64,000 nt of DNA, taken from positions 9,176,001 through 9,240,000 of the forward strand of contig CATNEN010000025.1 in the NCBI GenBank assembly GCA_950097015.1. Direction: 5' to 3'. A program made the position numbers and the translations under genes. Source of the DNA: Macrostomum hystrix (lineage: Eukaryota > Animalia > Platyhelminthes). Below, piece after piece: positions 49,746 through 60,700 of this stretch. The notes under the pieces are model-generated. The model saw nothing but the letters and a program-made list of their open reading frames with translations, was not told where the DNA came from and searched no databases. How positions within the stretch are numbered: the first letter of the stretch is position 1; each line of letters starts with the position of its first letter.

Positions 49746-50454
49746 ACCCGTCTGTTTGAATCCGACCATTTTCCACAGATGCAGCCAGGTGTTCAGCGAG
49801 CTGTACCAGGCCCTACTAGACCAGCTGTGCTTCACCCTGACACGACGAAGGCAGCGAAGTCCAAGACAGCGAAGGTACAGCTGCAACTATCAGGCTGACG
49901 ACACAACGGAGGACTATAGGGCATAGTATTCACCTACTATTCTCAATTTACGCTAATAATCATATTGCAGGAGTCTTTCAAATGGTGGCTGCTATATCAC
50001 TGTTACTCATTGCCAGAAACAACAAAAATTATGCTTAAACATTTTTAGCACATTAAAATTCGAATAGAGATTGCAGTGCCTGATAAATGTAGTTAACTTT
50101 AGTTAATTTTAGTGATTTTCAATAAAAATTGCACTGATTTCTTTTGTTTCATCGTGTGAAATATTACTTGTGGAATCTACCTTCTACTATGAGTAGTTTG
50201 TCTTTTTTGACTTGGCAATACTTTCCTTAGTTGTGAGTTCATGTCTTTACAAAATCGACAATGGTGCCATTAAAAAGGAAGATTACTGTTTTTGCTTGCA
50301 GCCGATGTCAATCAAAATTGAGCCTAAATGTTATGTGCTAACATGCAACTTTATCCAGACTAATTATTTGCATACCATGCTTCACCAAGGCCATAAATCA
50401 ATCCAATTACGTGCAAGTGTTATAATTAGCCAACTTGAGTCTTTGGGCAGTTGA

Positions 50455-51258
50455 ATACAATACAGGTGACAGACTCTGTAGCCTGTGCCCGATATACAGG
50501 TGACAGACTCTGTAGCCTGTGCCCGATATACAGGTGACAGACTCTGTAGCCTGTGCCCTAAATACAGGTGACAGACTCTGTAGCCTGTGCCCGATATACA
50601 GGTGACAGACTCTGTAGCCTGTGCCCGATATACAGGTGACAGACTCTGTAGCCTGTGCCCGATATACAGGTGACAGACTCTGTAGCCTGTGCCCGATATA
50701 CAGGTGACAGACTCTGTAGCCTGTGCCCGATATACAGGTGACAGACTCTGTAGCCTGTGCCCGATATACAGGTGACAGACTCTGTAGCCTGTGCCCGATA
50801 TACAGGTGACAGACTCTGTAGCCTGTGCCCGATATACAGGTGACAGACTCTGTAGCCTGTGCCCGATATACAGGTGACAGACTCTGTAGCCTGTGCCCGA
50901 TATACAGGTGACAGACTCTGTAGCCTGTGCCCGATATACAGGTGACAGACTCTGTAGCCTGTGCCCGATATACAGGTGACAGACTCTGTAGCCTGCGCCC
51001 GATATACAGGTGACAGACTCTGTAGCCTGCGCCCGATATACAGGTGACAGACTCTGTAGCCTGCGCCCGATATACAGGTGACAGACTCTGTAGCCTGTGC
51101 CCGATATACAGGTGACAGACTCTGTAGCCTGTGCCCGATATACAGGTGACAGACTCTGTAGCCTGCGCCCGATATACAGGTGACAGACTCTGTAGCCTGT
51201 GCCCGATATACAGGTGACAGACTCTAGCCTGTGCCCGATATACAGGTGACAGACTGTC
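50455..51258. repeat. 34-bp minisatellite (ATACAGGTGACAGACTCTGTAGCCTGTGCCCGAT)
   Basis: Direct periodicity; unrelated to the 34-mer at 11742. Confidence 0.97.
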
Positions 51259-51946
51259 ACTAAAAGGCTTCATTTGATATTAGGATCTCGAATTTTTCCA
51301 GACTCATACTTGAATGAGACAAATTGCATCCTGCAGTGGGCATTGGGCCAAATTGGAAAACGAAAAAAAGCGGAATAGGGGAGTTAACTCGGTCCCAATT
51401 CCTATTGGATGCAGCCAAATGCGCGGCGCACTTTTGAGCACTGCCTTGGCGGCAGTTGGACCCGTTTGAGCAAATTCATTGGGCCAGACATTCCCAGCAT
51501 CTCAACAGGCTTCTGAAAAGCCTGTGCCTCAAGGCAACAGTTGCTTAAAAAGTAAATAACTGTGCGCGTAGCATACGCCCTGCTTAGGACAAGCAGTCAA
51601 GACTATTGTCAAAGTTGCAATAGAATACGAATAGACATTGTTGAATAACTTCTGGATATTAGTCAGGTAAGTCAGGACTTCAATTGCCTCTATTGGCTTC
51701 CTTCATTTTTCATTTTTAGTACTTTTTTTCAGTGATGTAGATTTACTGATAGATAAATGAATTGATAAACTGACCGTTTAATAGCTTAATTAGTTTGTAG
51801 ATAACTGGTTTTATTTAATAAATGTTTTCTTGTTCAAAATAATAGTAGATTGATAAGTAATTGCGTTTATAGGCTGATAGATAAATTAGGCTGATAATAG
51901 ATGGCTTGCCATTAGATAACCAGGTATACACTCTAATTGATAGATA

Positions 51947-52190
51947 ATTTGGTGACACTGGACCCGCAGCCAGCGAGGAGGCAATTCTGCCCATTTCGCT
52001 GACTCCTGAGCACACACTCGCACACTGTGTACATCTGCACAGAATTTCCCGTTGTCAGGCAGCGTACAGGTGACAACCACTGTGCCTTGGAGATTGGCCC
52101 TTAAGGGATAAATTGCATAAAAAGACCAAATGAATGTGGCCTCGCCACGGAATCGAGCTTGGGACCTTGGCGCGAGAGCCAAACGTTTTA
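51947..52190 (-). mobile_element. SINE family 1 copy (diverged)
   Basis: Matches family tail, body and head. Confidence 0.8.
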
Positions 52191-53959
52191 GACTCTTTAG
52201 ACTCTCTGCCTCTCACCTTGGGTTGATCGATTGATGGGTTGATATGGTGACAAACTCCATATATTAAAAGCCTGCAAAAAGTTTGTTACACTATCCTATT
52301 TAGTTGGACAGTTAAGAGATCTAGCCTAGAACTAATTTCTCAAATACATTTTCAGCTCCTCTCAAAAGCTCCACCACTTTTCCAACTTTATTATTCCACA
52401 AAAACTGACCATTTTAAAATCCCAATTAATCTTAAGTTGTCGCGGCAACTGAACTTTCCCGTAGTTTTTATCGCAGCTAGACGACAATCTGGCCAAAAAC
52501 TGCGGTTGGTGCGGAAAACCTGAACTCTAGCCTACGTTACTGAGTCTGACAAAACCGCATACATTATTTAGGGGCCTTCAGCTCCCCCTAGAAGCGAGCG
52601 GTGGTTTGTTTGGCTGCCAGAGAAGTAGCTTTCCTTTTTCCTTCCTTCTCTCTCTAAAAACGTTACCAACTCAAGAGGTAGGTTGGAAGAAGGAAGTCTG
52701 TGTGGCTGGGCCATAGCTGCTGCTGCTGCTGCTGCCGTCGCCGCAGCCTGCAGATGGCGCGGCTCTCATGGCTTCAGGTGCAGCCTCCCTGCTACCCACC
52801 TTGCTACCAAATGTCGATGGAGAACGGGAGCTGGCATGAGGCTGCTTTCACTCCATAATCCGAGCTGCTTCATAATTTGGTCGATTTCCCATCCGCCCCT
52901 GGCTGGAAAATCCTCCAATTCTCCCGGCATCTGTCTTGGGCTCTGGTCCCAGCTGGTCACTTGGTCTTCTCTTCGCTAAAAACCTAAGCAATAACTCTAC
53001 AGAAAAGAGCAGGCAATTTTGAAATCTGAATACTCAAAAGATGCAGGCTAGTTTATTTAAAGTTAATCCCCTCAATTGTACAAAGAAGCTACCTGAAACC
53101 CGTTTCAAAAGGAATCTTATAGACTTGTCATCTTGGAGGTGCTGCTCTTACCGTTTTTGCGCTCCTGAGCATGGGTCAGCAAACCAGCAATGCAGGCAGC
53201 CTCTCAACCCAACCCAACCGTCTTTTCTCCCATTATTTTTCTCCCCTCAGGTGGTAAGGGAGGGGACGGTGGAGGGACAGGGCGGGAGCTACAAAAGCAG
53301 AAAAAACACGGCTACAGGTATTCTTTAGGCAAACCCTCTCCACGCACCCACCCCGCCTTCTTTCTAGTTCCCAATTCTTGCTCTCGGATCTCAGCAGATC
53401 CCAGCTCCCCAGCAGCCCATCATAATAGGGCCTATTGATTTGCCAACTTGCGTTTCCACCTGCAGGCATCCGCCTGACACTCAAGTACTTTGTCGTCCGT
53501 CCCAGAGGCTCCTTAGCACCTGTCCGCCCCTATAACCGCCGCTCCAAGCCTTCCTTCCTTCCTCCGACACCAGCAACTCAAACTGATGCCCCAATTGTGG
53601 ATCCTTTGAGGAAGGGGATGAGACTAAGGCTGCGCTTGGAGGGCCGAAGTCAAGGAAAGTAGTAGACAGGTAGAAAGAGTCTTTAGACATCGGCCGGGTT
53701 TCACAGACCTGAGCTGAGCTGTGGGCGGAGTCCGATGCTATGAACAGCTTCCAACAGCTTCCAATTAACAGCTTCCAATTAACCAACACAAGGCAGATAC
53801 TGCAATGAGATTGGACTAATTTAAGAACAGATTTTTCAATTGAATGTTTTGTTTTAGTTTTGTGTATTTCCATTGTCACAGGAGGACATCCAAGAAGGAC
53901 ATCGACAGGAGCGCCAACACAGGGAGTCAAGAGGAAAGCCGAATCATAGCCCAGTCACA

Positions 53960-55624
53960 ATGTGGGCCTACCTGCAGTCGGTGATCGAGGAGCCGCAGTC
54001 GCAGCGCAAGCTGGTGCTGATCATCGTCTGTATCGCGCTGCTGTTGGACAACATGCTCTACATGGTCATTGTGCCAATCATCCCGCACTACCTCACCAAT
54101 GTCACTAACGAGCTGCGCAATCGGCAGGGCTACAATGAGACGACCACCAAGAACTACACGGTGATGAACAATCACACGCTCATTCACCACGTCAACCACA
54201 CCAGTGAGCTGAAGTTTCGTTGGCTGAGGTCGGAGAATGCCGATCCGAAAATTGGCTACCTGTTCGCAAGCAAGGCGGCAGTCCAGCTGCTCATCAACCC
54301 CATCAGCGGCACCATCATTGACCGCATGGGCTACGACAGGCCAATGATGTTCGGCCTGTCCATCATCTGCCTGTCCACCACTGTGTTCGCATTCGGCAAG
54401 TCCTACAATGTCATGTTCCTGGCGCGCAGCCTGCAGGGCCTTGGCTCCGCCTTCGCCGACACCTCCGGTCTGGCGATGATCGCCGACCGGTTTACGCAGG
54501 AAGCCGAGCGCACGAAATCTCTGGGCATTGCGCTGGCCTTCATCTCCTTTGGCTCGCTGGTGGCGCCGCCTTTCGGAGGGATTCTCTATCAGTACTTTGG
54601 CAAGGAGCTGCCCTTCATGGTGCTGGCGCTGATTGCCCTCATCGACGGCCTTCTGATGCTGATTGTCATGCGGCCAGTTCGAGTCGAGCGTCGCACACAG
54701 AAGGCCATCGGAGAGCTGCCCAAAGGGACGCCGTTTTATAAACTGATCCGCGACCCCTACATCGCCACCTGTGCCGGGGCTCTGGCCATGGCCAACGTGT
54801 CTCTGGCCTTCCTAGAGCCCACCATCTCCATCTGGATGCAGAAGCGCCTGAATTCCAGCAACTCGGAGCAGGGCCTAGTCTGGCTGCCGTCATTCTTTCC
54901 GCACGTCCTCGGTGTGTACAGCACCGTCTACCTGGCCCGCCGTTATCCAAAGTACCAGTGGCTCATGGCAGCCATAGGTTTAGCCATGGAGGGCATCTCC
55001 TGCCTGTTCGTGCCCTTCTGCACCGACTTCGTCTCGCTGATGATTCCAATCTGCCTGCTGTGCTACGGCATCGCCCTGATTGACACGGCCCTACTGCCCA
55101 CTCTGGCCTACGTTGTGGACCATCGCTATGTATCCGTGTACGGCTCCGTGTACGCCATTGCGGACCTCTCCTACAGCTTGGCCTATGCTGTGGGGCCCGT
55201 TGTGGCAGGTCAGCTGGTCACCGCCATCGGCTTCACCGGCATGAACATTGTCATCTTCCTGTCAAACATCCTGTACGCGCCTGTGCTCATGGTGCTCAGG
55301 AATGTCTACAAATACGAAGGATTCGAGCCGCCAAAGGACGGCCCCGAGGCTTTCATCGATGGCGGAGGCAATGGCGGTGACGTCGGCATCCAGGCGGCGC
55401 CGACGCCGCAGTACCGGACCTACATGCTGAACGGCGGTGAGAGCGGTGCGGCCAAGCCGCTCGACAGCAAGTCGGCGCTGCCGCCCGACGTGACCGACGG
55501 CGGAGGCGGCGACGGCTTCGTTGCCGACTTTCCTGACCTGCAGCAGCAGGCGCCGCCGCCGCCACCACTGCCGCCACGACCGCAGCAGCAGCTGGGCTGG
55601 ACGAATCGCGGTCCGTTGGATTGA
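53960..55624 (+). CDS. SLC18A3: Vesicular acetylcholine transporter (intronless, 554 aa)
   Basis: RKLVLIIVCIALLLDNMLYMVIVPIIP (VAChT-type LYMVIVP), GYLFASKA, ARSLQGLGSAFADTSGLAMIADRF, FLEPTI, SVYGSVYAIAD. Splice acceptor at 53881 precedes the ATG at 53960. Confidence 0.96.
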   Translation: MWAYLQSVIEEPQSQRKLVLIIVCIALLLDNMLYMVIVPIIPHYLTNVTNELRNRQGYNETTTKNYTVMNNHTLIHHVNHTSELKFRWLRSENADPKIGYLFASKAAVQLLINPISGTIIDRMGYDRPMMFGLSIICLSTTVFAFGKSYNVMFLARSLQGLGSAFADTSGLAMIADRFTQEAERTKSLGIALAFISFGSLVAPPFGGILYQYFGKELPFMVLALIALIDGLLMLIVMRPVRVERRTQKAIGELPKGTPFYKLIRDPYIATCAGALAMANVSLAFLEPTISIWMQKRLNSSNSEQGLVWLPSFFPHVLGVYSTVYLARRYPKYQWLMAAIGLAMEGISCLFVPFCTDFVSLMIPICLLCYGIALIDTALLPTLAYVVDHRYVSVYGSVYAIADLSYSLAYAVGPVVAGQLVTAIGFTGMNIVIFLSNILYAPVLMVLRNVYKYEGFEPPKDGPEAFIDGGGNGGDVGIQAAPTPQYRTYMLNGGESGAAKPLDSKSALPPDVTDGGGGDGFVADFPDLQQQAPPPPPLPPRPQQQLGWTNRGPLD

Positions 55625-57794
55625 GGCATTGTCCATGATTCTATTCTACACTAGGACCTGAGCATACTGATTGGGATGACAGAATGCCTTCAACTAGGAC
55701 GCAACGAGTGTGACCATGGGTAAAGAAATGAAGGATGGATTTTGCCAAAAAAAGCACACCAACGGAAGGGGCATTGGTTAATTCCTACTAGAAAAGTCAC
55801 AGAAATTTGAAAAGACTACTTACACTCGTACGAACAATTGCTAGCACTAATTATTTTCATCTTTTTCTAAGGCACGAGTAGAAAGATTCACCAAAATTAA
55901 CCGTGTAGTTTCTTTAATAATCTGTTCCATCAGTCTTGTCACAGATTTGTTCAAAAGCTTTTTTTAATGTCAAGTTTCTATCTTAATTTTTCTATCTTCA
56001 CTGCATGATGCGTGCTGGTTCAAAGTGTTTCAAATTGTCTTAGATGTGAAAAAAGACTCATTTTATTCTTGCAATGCTTAGCTTCTGTCTTCTGCTGTTT
56101 ATTGATGCGAATAATTCTTTTGTGAACAGCATAATAAGTTTGTAAGCTGTTTGTTTATCCTATTATCTTTCTACTGAACCATGGTTATGCTACTGATAGC
56201 AACTGAACTTTTATTTGCTTTTTAATACAAGGAATGATGTTCTCATTTCTGGAGAGTTCTCCAAAGAATTTGTTCAAGTTTAGCGTACCCTTTTTAGCTG
56301 TTCCTGCAGTTCGTGCAGAATTTTTTTAGTCCCTCATTGCATGAAAATGGTTGTTAAAAATAGCATATGCTTACCAATAATTTCTACTTTGCCTGTCTCT
56401 GCTTTCCTCCTAAATATTTGTTTTCAATAATTGCTTAGCAACAATCGATTACGTAATCTGTCATGAAAAAAATGTTACTGTTGTTAAATTGTTACGGACT
56501 CACTTTGTCCTGGCAAATCATTTGTCTAAGACTATTAGTCTGTTGTTCCCACTAGTCACTTACCGGAGGTCTGCCATAAGGCAGCTCGGCTGTAAGAAAC
56601 GCCAGTTGTGAAACTTTTATCTACGAAAACTTGATGCCGTGTCACTATGTTAATGTTAAGCTAATCCGAGTAGTTTTGTAATTTATCTTGCTACTTCCTT
56701 TTTTTCGCTTTACAATTCTGACTCTTGGACAAGCTAATGATTTCGACTATACAAAGATGCGGTCCTGCGCAATGCGGAGTACCCTGTCCTTCCCCAATGC
56801 TATTTCCCCATTTTAATTTATCGTTACCTAAAGAAACTTAAAGCAGTCGCACATACAGGTAAGTTAATTCTATTTAAATAGGACTTGGCTGTAGGGCAGC
56901 AATTTTTTATACTTGGTACCTTATCAATGGAGTTTGACGTTCTTATATTTTACTCGTCTAGCTCTGGTTTTCTCCTATTGTTCAATGGCTTAGTAGGCTT
57001 GACAATGACAAACTATTCAGTGGAACGATCTGGATCTAAATCAGTTTTGGTTTATCAAAAGAGATCGATAGGAGTACACATGCGATGCGTGAATATGCCA
57101 TTATCGTCTCTATTTTAAAGTACTGATCTAGAGCCGTTAGTCTTTGTGCTTAATCAATTTCGCCTTGTTTTGCTTGCAATGTACTTTGCCAGGGAATTGC
57201 TTCCGACCAGAAAGAGGCTAGGTGGCGCCCGGTCTCGGGTCAGATAAGAAGGCTGGGGAAAGGAGAGAACGGTGGCCAATTTTCTGTTGCCGCCGGCCTT
57301 CTCTTGGGATTATTATTGGGTCAATTTTCGCGCCAAAGTTACCAGAGAAGTTTATTTTCCCCCAAATAAGCTCGACGCTCCTTCCTAGACTGCGGCGGAG
57401 CAACTGAAATCTGACTGCGGAGGAAGATGTAGAAGCGAGTAGAGCTCATGGGATCACTAGGGAGGACGTCACTGCGGATATCCGGTGTCTATTGGAGTTG
57501 CTCTGTTAGCCATAGTTGCTCAGTGCCTTGTCGGCGTTGGCTTCCATTGGGAACCTACAGGATATCCCGCTATTATCAGCTAGGATTTGGCACACGTGTC
57601 TTTAACATATCTGCGCACCAATGACCATGACATTGACACTAACTATGCGATTACCAAAACCGAACCTTTTTTCAGCAAAAACGACGAAGCAGCAGCGAGG
57701 AAACGAAAAAAAAATCGGCAATTTTAGCGGCAGCGTCAGCGGCTGAAAGTTTCAAAGTTCCGTCTATCGCCGATCGTTTGATTAAAACAAGAAA

Positions 57795-60700
57795 ATGCCA
57801 GTCGACCAGGTCAGAGATTTTGTGCGACGCATGTCGACCAAAGACTCCGACGAATACCCCAATTGGGACCCGGCAGTGAGTCCGAATCTCAATGTTCTCT
57901 TACTAGTGATATTATTGTCGCTGGCGAACACTAGTACTAGAGCTGCTATTATTATGCTACTAGAAACAAATATTTAACATGTGATTTACATTAAATCAAA
58001 TGTGTTACTAGTTAAATGTGAAACGAAAGTCACCCATTTTACCTGCCATACAATCCCTTGATAGAAACCATTGCCGAGGCTACCTGTGCCTGAGCTGCAT
58101 AGCACCCTGGCGATGTACCTGAAGCTGGTTGAGCCGGTCGTGTCTGAGGACCGTTTGGCCAATACCAAGCGCATTGTGCACGAGTTTTTGCAACCTGGAG
58201 GCATTGGCGAGAAGCTACAGAAGCATCTTATTGAGACTGCAAAGACGAAAGATAATTGGGTAAAAGATGAGTAATTGATGAATGAGGAGCAAAGAAACGT
58301 TTAAAACAACTTGAGAAGAGAGCTCGTTAGTAAACCTTGATCACTAGACCATTGTGCAGCGAGGCAGTCAGTGAACACTGATCACTAGACCATTGTGCAG
58401 CGAGGGAGTCAGTGAAAATTGATCACTAGACCCATGTTTGCAGCGAGGGAGTCAGTGAACACTGATCACTAGACCATTGTGCAGCGAGGGAGTCAGTGAA
58501 CACTGATCACTAGACCATGTTTGCAGCGAGGGAGTCAGTGAACACTGATCACTAGACCATTGTGCAGCGAGGGAGTCAGTGAACACTGATCACTAGACCA
58601 TGTTTGCAGCGAGGGAGTCAGTGAACACTGATCACTAGACCATGTTTGCAGCGAGGGAGTCAGTGAACACTGATCACTAGATCATTGTGCAGCGAGACAG
58701 TCAGTGAACACTGATCACTAGACCATTGTGCAGCGAGGGAGTCAGTGAAAATTGATCACTAGATCATTGTGCAGCGAGGGAGTCAGTGAAAATTGATCAC
58801 TAGATCATTGTGCAGCGAGGGAGTCAGTGAACACTGATCACTAGACCATTGTGCAGCGAGGGAGTCAGTGAAAATTGATCACTAGACCATTGTGCAGCGA
58901 GGGAGTCAGTGAAAACTGATCACTAGACCATTGTGCAGCGAGGGAGTCAGTGAACACTGATCACTAGACCATTGTGCAGCGAGGGAGTCAGTGAAAACTG
59001 ATCACTAGACCATTGTGCAGCGAGGGAGTCAGTGAAAATTGATCACTAGACCATTGTGCAGCGAGGGAGTCAGTGAAAACTGATCACTAGATCATTGTCC
59101 AGCGAGGGAGTCAGTGAAAATGGATCGTAACTGTGAAGCGAGTGCGTAGAAACGTTGCACATAACAACTCTTCTATACGTAACGTGTGACCATTTTCATT
59201 GAATTTGACACTATGAATAACAAGCTCGCAAACTTCTCGGCTGGAGCAGGTCAGCGACTGGTGGCTAGACGATATGTATCTGCTCAACCAGCTGCCTCTG
59301 CCGGTCAATTCAAATCCGGGGCTCGTATTTCCTCGGACATCGTTCGAAAGCGACAGAGAGCATCTCAGGTATGAAAACAGGGAGTGGGGTAGGGAGAGAG
59401 GTTTCAAACAGCTTCATAATGTTTTTGAAGTTATGTGCGGCATATCGAGTTCTCTTGTCCAAAAAATACTGATCCGAACAAGCGCCTGTCTAATGCGCGT
59501 ATCGGATTTCTTTTCCAATTCACGAGCAAGTTTCTGTGCGTGCTTCTCTGCGGACAATCTGTTTGCGATTTCGGTTAGCAGAACCTGCTAATGAGGGCAG
59601 CTGGGTTTTGAGATGAGAGACAATCAGAGACAGACAGCGGAGGACTGACAGATGGGGAGCGGCAGTTCTCGGTGATGGTAACTGCGGCTAGGCACGATCG
59701 AAGCTTTGAGCAGCAGGCAACAGTACATGGACGAGTGAGCGATGGAGACCGCGTGCAAAGCTGCAGCACTGCTAATAGCTGACAGTGATTGACGAGCTGG
59801 TTGTCGGAGCAGCTGAAGCTCCTGCGCTTTTTACTACTTTCTGCATCATTCTCGCGCCAAGTTTTGTCTATTTTTAATTGACTATTCATAGCTGAGTAGC
59901 TCAGACTAAATCCAGAGGGCGATGGCGATACTCAGTAGGCCTGAGTTGTCTGAGTCAGCTTCGGGAGCCTCCACTCTCCAGGAGCCGCCGGTTTTGCACT
60001 GCTAAAATAGGTGGAATGCTCAGGTCAAAGGATTGCCCCGTAAGTCAATAGCCTAGCAAAAGGATGAGGAGGGTTCTAGGCGCTAGCAACAGCGACAGAG
60101 AGACGCAGAAATGGAGATGGGAGCGACTTGAAGCTTTTTCCCGTCGGATTGCGTGCTAGCAGGGGCTGGGGAGGCAGCAGCCGGAGCAGACGGCACGTGG
60201 GTTCTAACCTGAGTCTAACCTGAGCTGCTCTTCTCGCCCCCCTTTCCAAGGCCCCTTAAAAGTTTTCTTTCTCTCGACTGCGCCCGGCCGGGTTCCCGCC
60301 CCCCCGGACTCGCATCGATACAGCGCAATCGATGCATGCAAATGAGGGGCGCGCTCGTTTAGCCAGCCCGCTTGTCCTTCACCTCTGCAACGCCTGCAGT
60401 TCCCAAGGAGATGAGAGGGGACAGGGCGGAGAGGCGGGTGGATCCGAGGGGGCGGAGGCGGACCAAAAGAGGCCGAGATCTGGGCGGAGTCATATGTCTC
60501 TTTTGTCTACTTCTGCTGCCGCATAGCGACTGTGCAATCTTCGGTGCTCCATTGTCAAGCTGGATCATGGATAAACTGATGATATGGAGTGTTGAGTATG
60601 AGAGTTAAACTGCAATCCATAGATGCTCCCTTTCCGTTTATTAAGCTGACAAAGACCATACGATTGGAACTGTTTGGCGTGTACAATGCGTTGTTATAGT

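Noticed and set aside
52766-52960. 64-aa minus-strand ORF upstream of VAChT
   Set aside because: No recognisable motif and no supported exon chain.
53873-53959. 29-aa N-terminal extension of the VAChT ORF in the ORF track
   Set aside because: Starts at a TTG inside the 3' splice site. Homology begins after the ATG at 53960.
53250-57675. Complementary elements flanking VAChT, like nematode unc-17/cha-1 R1/R2
   Set aside because: Only 8-9-nt complements found by eye (CTTCCTCCG/CGGAGGAAG, TCCCCAGC/GCTGGGGA), expected by chance. An einverted or IntaRNA scan would be needed.
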